From IMG/VR virus record IMGVR_UViG_3300044557_000566: DNA of 64,000 nucleotides. One strand, given 5' to 3'. Origin of the DNA: an uncultured virus (IMG/VR IMGVR_UViG_3300044557_000566). Lineage: Duplodnaviria > Heunggongvirae > Uroviricota > Caudoviricetes. This document shows, piece by piece, positions 39,515-48,427 of the stretch (positions within the stretch are counted from its first letter, which is position 1; each line of letters starts with the position of its first letter). The notes under the pieces were generated by a model. That model was given only the letters and a program-made list of their open reading frames with translations. It ran no database searches and was not told the origin of the DNA. A program made the translations under genes and the position numbers.

Positions 39515-40705
39515 CTATCTCAGATTCTCACTGAGGGCGGTTTTGAGATCCGTCTCGATCGTGCGCATCTGCTGTTCGGCCTCAGCTCTCTTCTGTCGAC
39601 CTTCCTCCTGGATCTGCTGGGTTTCCTTTAGGGTTGCGATCAGCTCCGTATTCACTTTCTGTAGGGTCTCAATGTCAACGACGGATCGTTGGTTCGCCTT
39701 CTCAGCATTCACCGCTCCAGTGTGAAGCATCTGAGCGTTCTCGGAGAGGAGACGATTCGTGGTCTCGTCAACAGCATTCTGGAGTTCTATGGCCTGCTTC
39801 TGACGTTCAAGACCAAGGGCGATCACCATCTGCGACTTCCATAGTGGAATTGTAGTCGTGATGGTCGTGTTCACCTTGTCAGCAACCTTACGGTCAGCAT
39901 TCTGGAGGATCTTTATTTGAGGAGCGTTCTGCAGGGTGATCACGCTGATACGATCAAGATCATCGAGCCGCTTAGCGAACCGATCGAGCTTGTCCTTGAA
40001 GTCTTTCAGTACCTGCGCTTGCATTGGATCATTTGATCCCTGAACCTTAGCCTCTAGCTGCGGGAGCTGATTCTTCTCGAAGTCTGACAGGGTCTCCCTG
40101 CCGGCCGCGACATAGATCTTGAGGGCCTTGTACTGGGCGTAATTGCGATCATACATGGAATCGTACATAGCAATGTCAGCCTGCATCTGTGCTTGTGACT
40201 TGAGGAGTCTGTCCACAATGTCATCGATCTGAGGAGTGACCTTCTGATAACGTCTACGAATCTCCTCGCCCTTCATGGTGATCTTACCGATGATGGGTAT
40301 CTTCTTCACTCCCGTGAGATTGGCCTCATCGATCGTTGACGCAAGATGCTGCATGAGGGCGCCAGCCTCGCCAGCATCCTTTGACCTCGTGTTATCAAGG
40401 ATAGAGTCAGCGAACTCTCCCATTGTTCTCTGCGCGTCAGCGCCGTACGTGGACTCAATGTCCTTCTTCGTGAGGTCAATGCTCTTCGACAGGTCCTCTA
40501 TCTTCTTCTTGTCCTCGGGTGTGAACGTGACTTCTGACGTGGTTAATTCGACCGGTCTGGTAGAAGGCTGTTCTTGGACCTGTGACGCTGCTCCTGCTGC
40601 TATCGACTCGATCGTGACTGCTGGAGAATCACTAGACCCAGCCTGATCTGATGCTTGAGATGCGGTTGATCCACCGCTTATAGTAATATTGCTTCCATCT
40701 GACAT
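39515..40705 (-). CDS. TelA-family toxic anion resistance protein
   Basis: YGADAQ...F.D.IL, Q.APQI..LQ, TIPLWKSQM..ALG, VVDIETL, EG..KR. Confidence 0.9.
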   Translation of the reverse strand: MSDGSNITISGGSTASQASDQAGSSDSPAVTIESIAAGAASQVQEQPSTRPVELTTSEVTFTPEDKKKIEDLSKSIDLTKKDIESTYGADAQRTMGEFADSILDNTRSKDAGEAGALMQHLASTIDEANLTGVKKIPIIGKITMKGEEIRRRYQKVTPQIDDIVDRLLKSQAQMQADIAMYDSMYDRNYAQYKALKIYVAAGRETLSDFEKNQLPQLEAKVQGSNDPMQAQVLKDFKDKLDRFAKRLDDLDRISVITLQNAPQIKILQNADRKVADKVNTTITTTIPLWKSQMVIALGLERQKQAIELQNAVDETTNRLLSENAQMLHTGAVNAEKANQRSVVDIETLQKVNTELIATLKETQQIQEEGRQKRAEAEQQMRTIETDLKTALSENLR

Positions 40706-40874
40706 GATGCTTCCTTATCTTGGATTGTTCTGCCTTGCTGTTGTTGACCCTATGGACATTGAAGACGTGAAGAATCTCAATGACGTGTTATGGAACCGAT
40801 TCGCATGGTACCACAACGTGAAGATATTAACCAACGTCATTATTGGAGATTGGTCATCACCTGGGCGCTAGTCA

Positions 40875-41612
40875 TCATTGGAGGCTTGCCGTGATAGAGT
40901 TCAGAGCATTAGCTGCCTTCAATGCTTCACTCTGATGATCCTTGCCACCAACCGAGGCGTTAATTTGATCTGGCTTGTATCCCTGCATGGACACGAGTCT
41001 GTTGATGGCCTCAGAGCTGGCCTCAATAGACGTTCCCTGCTCACTGTTGATCTTTGACAACGCCCCCTTGGCCGCGCCCTCAAGCGAGTTCAGGGCAGAC
41101 ACCACATTCTTCTTAGCCGACGCGACGTCCCCGCCGTATGTCTCTATGGTAACGTACCCAGTTAGAATCTGTTCCGTCTGCGCTCCATATGAAGCCAGGA
41201 ACGATCCCATTGCCTGGTACTCAGCCGGGTGGGCGATCACATAGGAATGGAGAATGGTCACAGCGTCAATGAGCTGTCCAATCTCACCATGGACCTCAGG
41301 GTCTTTCACAAATAACTGCCTATTAGAAAGCATGGATAGGAAACCCTCACCCGCGTCAAGCTTCGATGCGGCATTCTTTTTTCCAGCACTAAGAGCGTTG
41401 CCTACCGTTGAGACAGTGCTGTGGGCTTCACCCTTAGACCGCGCGGGCTCGTACATCTTCGTAAGCATGAACCCAATACCAAGCCCAACACCAAGAGCAA
41501 GCGCGGCACTCGGAGCAAGCGCTAATGGCTGAGCTAGTAGAATGACCGCTCCAACCAGCGTTCCAACTATCCCACCAATGATCTTATTCATCTTGTCAGT
41601 AAACCTTCCCAT
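40875..41612 (-). CDS. XpaC-like membrane protein (usual TelA partner)
   Basis: Two N-terminal TMs and a helical domain with P....FL..Y......L..Y; directly upstream of the telA-like gene. Confidence 0.65.
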   Translation of the reverse strand: MGRFTDKMNKIIGGIVGTLVGAVILLAQPLALAPSAALALGVGLGIGFMLTKMYEPARSKGEAHSTVSTVGNALSAGKKNAASKLDAGEGFLSMLSNRQLFVKDPEVHGEIGQLIDAVTILHSYVIAHPAEYQAMGSFLASYGAQTEQILTGYVTIETYGGDVASAKKNVVSALNSLEGAAKGALSKINSEQGTSIEASSEAINRLVSMQGYKPDQINASVGGKDHQSEALKAANALNSITASLQ

Positions 41613-41657
41613 AAGCTAGTAAAAGCAATATTTTATCAATAGGTAAGATATTACCTG

Positions 41658-42248
41658 CTACTTGTTCTGTAACGCGGTGATGAACTCGTCGGTAAACCCG
41701 TATCTTGACAGATCAGATGGGTTGACCTCATTGCCATAACGATTCCACCCCATAATGGCTGTTATAGCACGGAATGATTCTGCCGTCTCATCGTACTGGT
41801 AATCTCTGATAAGATTCAACTTGTCTTTCCTGGTGAACGCCTGAGCATTCCTATTCAAGATGCGCGCTAGTATGATCTTATCAAACCTACCGTTAATCAT
41901 CATTCGATGGCATGAGAGGATTGATAGGGTGATAATGTCATCATTGTCTTCAATGAGAACCTCGTCATTGGGATTATGATTCTCATAAGCTGATCTTTTA
42001 ATATGAGAGAGGAGTGGCTTCCATACGTCCTCAACGTCCATTTCCATTCCGGCATGCCTGTTCTCGACTCGATCCTCAATCATACCGGCGACGACCTCTG
42101 CCGTACCAGGCATTATCGCGTCAGAATGATTCCTTATGAGGTCACTAGCAACAATAGTGATATAGGTTGATCTTCCACACGAGTAGTCAATCATACCAAT
42201 CATGACGTGATTCAGCTCGTCTATAGTCATGGTGAACTTCTGATCCAT
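41658..42248 (-). CDS. Hypothetical protein
   Basis: 196 aa, AAGGAGG RBS. Confidence 0.7.
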   Translation of the reverse strand: MDQKFTMTIDELNHVMIGMIDYSCGRSTYITIVASDLIRNHSDAIMPGTAEVVAGMIEDRVENRHAGMEMDVEDVWKPLLSHIKRSAYENHNPNDEVLIEDNDDIITLSILSCHRMMINGRFDKIILARILNRNAQAFTRKDKLNLIRDYQYDETAESFRAITAIMGWNRYGNEVNPSDLSRYGFTDEFITALQNK

Positions 42249-42390
42249 CGAACTCCCTCCTTAATACGACTCATTGCTCTTTCAATTCCATGATAACATG
42301 AGATGGCGACAAGTGAACGTAATCCCGTCCATTTAAAGATCATAATAAAAGGGGCGCGGAGCCCCCTTGTCATGTCACCCCTGATAGGAA

Positions 42391-42645
42391 TCAGGCCAAT
42401 ACAGCAGCCCCGTTATCAATTGCCACCGTTGACGAGGAGGTGAGCTCGTCAAGGAGATCAGGGCGATAGCCTGACCAGCTCTTACCCTCAGTCATGACCA
42501 CTGGCGCAGCTCTGAATCCCATTGACTTCAACTTGTCAAGATTCTGTAGGGCATTCTCCTCAACATACTCCACGCCAGCATTGTTGAGCCTCCTCTTCGT
42601 GGCAGCGCACTGCGGGCAATGTTCTTTCGTGTATACCGTAACCAT
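42391..42645 (-). CDS. nrdH: NrdH-like glutaredoxin
   Basis: VTVYTK..CPQC.ATKR.L, GF..APVV, WSGYRPD; start at MVTVY with AAGGAG RBS. Confidence 0.9.
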   Translation of the reverse strand: MVTVYTKEHCPQCAATKRRLNNAGVEYVEENALQNLDKLKSMGFRAAPVVMTEGKSWSGYRPDLLDELTSSSTVAIDNGAAVLA

Positions 42646-43002
42646 TCCTAATTCACTCCTTATCTTAATCTTCCATCTCGTAGATGGCATATTCTACATG
42701 CTTCTCGCACTCAGTTCCTTGAGAACGGGGATGATGAAGATATCATCTACATCCTTATTCCATTTTTGAGGGTAAGTGATATCTAACGTCCCCTCTAATA
42801 AAAATCTTCATGTTCTAATCGTTGAGATCCCAACAAGACTCTGCGTCTTTCGCAGAATCTCAAGCTTGGCTTGCCACAGGAAACTGTTAACTATCATGAT
42901 ATCAAGATGATGATTCTTCTTGTGAATAAGATCACAGACCCTCATCCATTCATAACACTTGATGACTATTGCTCGTCTTTCCATGCTCATTAATGGGAAG
43001 AT

Positions 43003-45249
43003 TCAGAATTCGCCCCTCTTAATAGCGTCCATGAACTCGGATGGAGATATGATCTTCACACCAAGCTTCTTCGCCTTCATGATCTTACCGCTCGTGCTAT
43101 TAGTATCGCCAATCATGTAGTCAGTATCCTTATTAGGGGAACCCTGTGCTTCCCCTCCCATAGCGTCAACAAAAGACTGCCATTCCTGACGATTCGCATA
43201 GCCCTCAGGTACGGTCCCGCTGATACTGAACTTCTTCCCCCTGATCGCCTTGACCTCAGGCCTGTTCTCATCTATTTTTGATGAGGAGGATGAGGACTCC
43301 TCGAATTGTAGCCCGGCCTTCCTCAGACGGTCTATCGTAGGCCACTGCTCGCCGATACCCGTCTTGATCTTCACGGCAGTCTCATGGCCGATCCCGGGGA
43401 TACTACTCAGATCATCAATGGACGCATTCCTGATCTCATCAATGGACGGGTACTTCTTGATGAGAGCCTTGGCGGTCTGCGGTCCGAGATCATTGATAGA
43501 CAGCGATGAAAGCACCCTATGAAATGGCAGCTCCTTGCTTGCTTCCACGTACTCCATGATGTGCTTTGCCCGCACGTGTCCGAAGAGTCGCGGTGAGCCA
43601 TCGTCATTCCTCCCCACGGGGGTGTTCGCAAGATCGTTCTCACTGAGATCATAGAAGTCGGCAATCGTGCTTACCCTGCCGGAATCTTGCAGTGCTTCGA
43701 TAAGACTACCGCCCATGCCGTCAAAGTTCAGTGCTCCCTTGCCGGCGGCGGCCTTGAGCACATATGAACCCCTGGACGGACACTTCGGGTTAGGGCAATA
43801 ATAGAGACGAGATCCACGCTTGATCTCGAACCCGCAGTACGGGCATACTTTTGGAGGCCTGATCACACTAGCGTTCTTCGGCGTGAAGATGGGCTTCTGC
43901 CTGACGGCGGCGGGGATAACGTCATGCCTCTTCTCAACCTCTATAACAGAACCTGGAGTGATGTCCATCTCCTCAAGAATGACAGCATTGTGTAGGGTCG
44001 CCCGAGAATTGATAGATCCCCCGAATCTGGTGGGCTCGTAAAGAACAGTGGGCGTAAGCTTCCCAGACTTACCTACAGTCCATTCCACTCCAGTGACCTT
44101 GACCTGCGCCTTCTCACCAGCATACTTCCACGCGAGCTGTGAGAGCGGGTGATGGGAATTCGATCCCATCTTCGCGTCCATGTCCTGCTCGTTCACGGGC
44201 TTGATCACGATTCCATCAGTGGGAATGTCAAGATCATCACGGACGGGGCCGAACATGTTGATCACGTTCATCGTGTCGGCTGTAACCTCGTCCTTACTTC
44301 TACCCCTCATCATGACTGACAATGATGATGGCATCTGGTGACCGGTCTTACGCCATTCCTCTTCCGTTACGCGGGAGACCTCCGCCACGCCAGCATCGGC
44401 AAGATCGTCGGGAGACGTCTGGCCTATGATCTTGTACATGACGAACTGGAGGGTCGCCTTCTCCCCATTCATCCCCCTGGCGGCCTTCTTCACGATGCCA
44501 GCATTCGTATTCCTAGGATTCTTGTACTGATCCTCACCGCGCTTGGCCTTCTCAGAGTTCATCTTGTCAAACTCTGATGGACGCAGGAATAACTCCCCCC
44601 TGATCTCAACGGTAGCGTCCGTCAGCCTTCCACCGAGCTGTTTAGGTAGACCCTTCACCTTCACGTCGGGATTGTCAATAAGATACGACATGTCCTCACC
44701 ATCAGAACCGTTACCACGCGTGGACATCTTCACGAGCCCACCGTTCTCATATTCCGCAGAACAGGCGATCCCGTCAAGCTTGGCCTGTAACTTGAATCCA
44801 GTTGCCCCCTCTGACTCCATGTCGCCCAGATACCCTCTCACCTGATCTTCACTGTCAGCCTTACGGAGCGAGAGCATGGGCACGTCATGATGAACCTTGT
44901 TCGCATTCTTGTCCTCAGGGCTCGTACCGCCGGCAACCTTGCCGTCAAGGAGCGCGGTGACCTCGGGGTCATTCAGCTTATAGTCCGCGTCCAATTGTCG
45001 AAGATACTTGACTCCCGCATCATACTCTTCATCGGTCATGTCAGAATCAGTATCAAGCCCCTGATAGTAATCCTGGGCGGCCCTCGTGAGTCTTGTCATG
45101 AGATCATTGGCTATGTTAAGATCGTCCTCATAACGCTTGGAGAGATCATCCATGGATCCGTGCAGACGATCGCCATACTTGCACGAACTCCTATCCTTGG
45201 CCACGCATTTCCTTGGACCATTAGGCGTCATATGCCAAACCTCAGTCAT
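43003..45249 (-). CDS. ligA: NAD-dependent DNA ligase with extra N-terminal Cys/His motif
   Basis: YY, PMLSL, KLDG, TRGNG..GED, EIRGE, NPRN, DGIVIK, ATLHN, C4 zinc finger, HhH, BRCT. Confidence 0.95.
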   Translation of the reverse strand: MTEVWHMTPNGPRKCVAKDRSSCKYGDRLHGSMDDLSKRYEDDLNIANDLMTRLTRAAQDYYQGLDTDSDMTDEEYDAGVKYLRQLDADYKLNDPEVTALLDGKVAGGTSPEDKNANKVHHDVPMLSLRKADSEDQVRGYLGDMESEGATGFKLQAKLDGIACSAEYENGGLVKMSTRGNGSDGEDMSYLIDNPDVKVKGLPKQLGGRLTDATVEIRGELFLRPSEFDKMNSEKAKRGEDQYKNPRNTNAGIVKKAARGMNGEKATLQFVMYKIIGQTSPDDLADAGVAEVSRVTEEEWRKTGHQMPSSLSVMMRGRSKDEVTADTMNVINMFGPVRDDLDIPTDGIVIKPVNEQDMDAKMGSNSHHPLSQLAWKYAGEKAQVKVTGVEWTVGKSGKLTPTVLYEPTRFGGSINSRATLHNAVILEEMDITPGSVIEVEKRHDVIPAAVRQKPIFTPKNASVIRPPKVCPYCGFEIKRGSRLYYCPNPKCPSRGSYVLKAAAGKGALNFDGMGGSLIEALQDSGRVSTIADFYDLSENDLANTPVGRNDDGSPRLFGHVRAKHIMEYVEASKELPFHRVLSSLSINDLGPQTAKALIKKYPSIDEIRNASIDDLSSIPGIGHETAVKIKTGIGEQWPTIDRLRKAGLQFEESSSSSSKIDENRPEVKAIRGKKFSISGTVPEGYANRQEWQSFVDAMGGEAQGSPNKDTDYMIGDTNSTSGKIMKAKKLGVKIISPSEFMDAIKRGEF

Positions 45250-45332
45250 GAAGCATCTCCCTCATCTTATATAAGACTATCCCATCCAAGAATCTATCTT
45301 ACCTATAAGGACCCCTTGGATTACGTGAACCG

Positions 45333-46367
45333 CTATAGATCAGATGGAGCGTATCCGGCCTTAGACAACCCGTCCCTCAACGTCTTCAACGCTGCTGACA
45401 ACTCCCTGTCAGCTGTCTGCTTGTCAATGTCCAGCTTCCTTCTCACCGAGGCCTTCGTCCTCCTGATCTCACCGTTCTTACCGAGGGGCTTATCCTCAAT
45501 GTAATTCATGGACACTAATTGCCTCTGAATGACGGGGAGGGTCATCATGATCTTGCTGAGTGCTGAGATGACATCATTCCTATCTGCGGTATCCTCTGGC
45601 GATGGTGCTGGACGGCTCATGACGCTACTCGTGATGCTATCATACCTCATGACATCAGACGCTTGAACCGTGTCATCACCGAACATTGGAGCTTCCATAC
45701 TGTACGGCTCAGCGTCGAATGATCTGATCTTATTATACTCAGCCTCATCAATACCGTGTCGTACGAGGATCTCATGCATGATGTCCGGGGTTATCTTGAG
45801 GCCATCCTTCTTGATCTCCAGGGTCTCCTTCCTGATGTCTCTCATGATTCCAATCTTGCTGCCGGGAAGATTGGCCACCCTGTCCGTCTTATAACCAAGA
45901 CGCTGGATGTAATGACGAACCCACCAGATAGCATACGTTGAGAATTTGAAGCCCTTCTGATCGTCGTAATCATTCAAAGCGCGGGCGAGACCAACCTGAC
46001 CAGCGTTAATGACATCGTCCTTATCACCTCGGGAATAGGCTCTATAGAACTTGTTGGCCATCTTGAACACGAGTCTCTTATTAGCCTCAGCAAGACACTG
46101 CTTAGCCCGTTCAGACCTACGCGCGTTGCGTTTAGAGGGATCCTCCTTGGCTAGTCTGATCATCTTTCCAAGGAACAGCTCTTCATCAAGATCGAAGAAC
46201 TTGCCATCAGATGACTTCCTTGAAAGATAAGACAGCTTAACGTCCTCTTCCCCGAACGGCTCTCTATGGAGTCCTTTAGAACTGATTCTATCATGATCTT
46301 TATGATCACTAGAAACTACAGGGGCACTAGAATTTATCTTCTCTGAAGCGCTGATTGAACTGTTAAT
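45333..46367 (-). CDS. Sigma-70 family RNA polymerase sigma factor (probable ATT start)
   Basis: N.RLV...A, D....G..GL..A...YD..KGFKFSTYA.WWVR (region 2), region 4 HTH; frame open upstream to ATT 46367 behind TAAGGAG. Confidence 0.88.
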   Translation of the reverse strand: MNSSISASEKINSSAPVVSSDHKDHDRISSKGLHREPFGEEDVKLSYLSRKSSDGKFFDLDEELFLGKMIRLAKEDPSKRNARRSERAKQCLAEANKRLVFKMANKFYRAYSRGDKDDVINAGQVGLARALNDYDDQKGFKFSTYAIWWVRHYIQRLGYKTDRVANLPGSKIGIMRDIRKETLEIKKDGLKITPDIMHEILVRHGIDEAEYNKIRSFDAEPYSMEAPMFGDDTVQASDVMRYDSITSSVMSRPAPSPEDTADRNDVISALSKIMMTLPVIQRQLVSMNYIEDKPLGKNGEIRRTKASVRRKLDIDKQTADRELSAALKTLRDGLSKAGYAPSDL

Positions 46368-46581
46368 TATTCCCTCTCCTTATGTAGATGCCTTACAGCA
46401 TATGTCTTCCCATCAAGCCCACTCTCACAGTGAACACTGGGATAAGATATCTCCGCGTTGCTTTCCATCAACGCGGGTAATAATCATATAACGCTTTTAC
46501 AGGCTTGTTAACCGTACTTCTTTATAGGGGCGTCTAATCGTTGGAATAGCAACGTTCTTATGATAATAAGGATGAATAAGA

Positions 46582-46611
46582 AATGGACCGGGTCTATCGC
46601 CCCGGTCCATT
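46582..46611. terminator. Stem-loop
   Basis: AATGGACCGGG / CCCGGTCCATT inverted repeat downstream of the 46680 ORF. Confidence 0.6.
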
Positions 46612-46679
46612 AAAAGCAATGAAGAACAATGCTGATTCTATGGTGAAGAATCGTCACGCGATTGCTGTAAGGATTGCCG

Positions 46680-47387
46680 TCAGATCGTTCTTCCATGCAG
46701 GCTAGCATACCCCGCTGTAGCGAAATCCTTCTTCCTCTTTTCCGATAGAAGATTGTCATCCTCACTATCATTTGACCAATTAGATCGCACGTTGGATATG
46801 GCCGCATTCTCATCTTTCCCATCAGCGACCATAATGGTCACCGGTGCGTCTCCATCAAGGAATCTTGAGGTGATTCCATTTGCCGTCATCCATACGTCAG
46901 AGTCAAGATCAGAGTCCTTATCCGGGTTCATGCCCGTGAACCTGTCACCCTCAACCCTTATCTTCACTCCATCATGGACGAGGTCTCCCACATCTTCCCT
47001 CACGCTCTTGGCGGCTTCGATCTTCGGAATCACTCCACTCTCCTGGGCGTCACCTAAGATCTTTTTGGCAAGCTTGCGGTCACCGTGGAACCATGAGTCA
47101 ATCACGCTCACATTCTCATCATCTGGCGCGTACTCGATCTTGATGCCACGATCCTCAAGATAATCCCTAATCGCCCCGTTGATTGATTTCACGTCACGAT
47201 CATAATTCACAATCTTAGTGAGATCTGGTTGCATCTGGTGAAGAGTGATATACCTCTGGGCTGTTTCAGCGTCCCTCACGTGGGCGAAGTGATGGCATCT
47301 ACCGGTTCCCGGCTTCTTAGCGCGGCAGATGCTCGTGTGCATCATGCCATCAGCACCAATCGTCAAGCCCCATCTTCTCGTAGTCAT
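46680..47387 (-). CDS. Hypothetical protein with N-terminal CxA...GxGxCxHxxH motif
   Basis: GGAGG RBS before MTTRR; Cys/His cluster. Confidence 0.7.
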   Translation of the reverse strand: MTTRRWGLTIGADGMMHTSICRAKKPGTGRCHHFAHVRDAETAQRYITLHQMQPDLTKIVNYDRDVKSINGAIRDYLEDRGIKIEYAPDDENVSVIDSWFHGDRKLAKKILGDAQESGVIPKIEAAKSVREDVGDLVHDGVKIRVEGDRFTGMNPDKDSDLDSDVWMTANGITSRFLDGDAPVTIMVADGKDENAAISNVRSNWSNDSEDDNLLSEKRKKDFATAGYASLHGRTI

Positions 47388-47508
47388 AATGTTAATCCTC
47401 CATCCCCCCACATTGGAAGGATATGTAGTTACGCATATAGCGTATTCTTATTATCATCTAACGCATTATGTGAACAGTTGTTGACATTCTTGCAATCACA
47501 TTTCGTCT

Positions 47509-48372
47509 TCACATGACCACAACCCATATTGAGATCAAAATGACGATGATGAAGAATGGTATGAACACGAAATTCTCAATGACTCCTCCGGCCTTGATTG
47601 GGAGCAGCCTCACGTGCCACCACAGATGCCCCTTGATTGGTATGGGGAAGAGCACCGGCACCCCCTGGGTCGTGAACATGTCGCCTATAATGTGGATCAT
47701 CCATCCTACACCGAACGCTAATCCTATCTTAGAGTAATCCGTCGACGTTGGGAGCTGGAAGATAAGCATGCCAATCACTACTGCTGACAATACGGTGGGG
47801 ATAATGAAGCCGAGAATCCCGGCATTACTCTTCAATGGCTTTAATATGGGTTTCCCCAATGTGGACAATGCGATGTGAACGCCGATGAACGCTAAGATTA
47901 TAGCGAACAACAGACCGTTAACGTGAAAACTACCGGTTATTGGAATGTCGATAGTATTAGAGCAGAGGAACATCCCGAGCAGCCCGAAGAGCACGGCTGA
48001 TAACGCGGTATGATAAAACCCTCTGTGAGCATTCTCAGTGTCTTTATCATACCTTGTGTGCAGCAGCCCTTGGATAATTGGAGCCGTTGTCCGCATGAAC
48101 CAGCTTATTCCACTACCAATAAATCCCAGGGCAGACTTGGCTGACGAGTTAGTATTATCAAGATCTGGCATGAGGGCTCCACCAACAACAACGAGGAAGA
48201 GTAGGATGAGATACGGGGTAGACGCATTGCCAGCAACGCTTGTGATCCACTGCTCTTTGAACGCTAATACGACAGAAAGCAATGCTATCGCGCTGAGAGC
48301 ATGGGTCATTCCCATGAATCCATCTTCACTGCGGAGGGTCTTATCGATCTCGCTTATGATTCTTTCACGCAT
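47509..48372 (-). CDS. YdjM-like membrane metal-dependent hydrolase
   Basis: GMTH, PDLD, HRG.YHT, H..GD..T..GVP motifs with multiple TMs. Confidence 0.85.
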   Translation of the reverse strand: MRERIISEIDKTLRSEDGFMGMTHALSAIALLSVVLAFKEQWITSVAGNASTPYLILLFLVVVGGALMPDLDNTNSSAKSALGFIGSGISWFMRTTAPIIQGLLHTRYDKDTENAHRGFYHTALSAVLFGLLGMFLCSNTIDIPITGSFHVNGLLFAIILAFIGVHIALSTLGKPILKPLKSNAGILGFIIPTVLSAVVIGMLIFQLPTSTDYSKIGLAFGVGWMIHIIGDMFTTQGVPVLFPIPIKGHLWWHVRLLPIKAGGVIENFVFIPFFIIVILISIWVVVM

Positions 48373-48427
48373 GAGAATAGGATATCATTAGACGAATGAG
48401 ATCTAGCTTGTCTTACGATTACCTTGG

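Noticed and set aside
42721..42734. 14-bp identity GAGAACGGGGATGA with 26210-26223 as a mini-array target
   Set aside because: The match includes the repeat handle (no PAM), and 14-mers recur by chance in 64 kb.
42808..42990. 60-aa ORF between ligA and nrdH
   Set aside because: No RBS or recognisable motif; cannot be supported.
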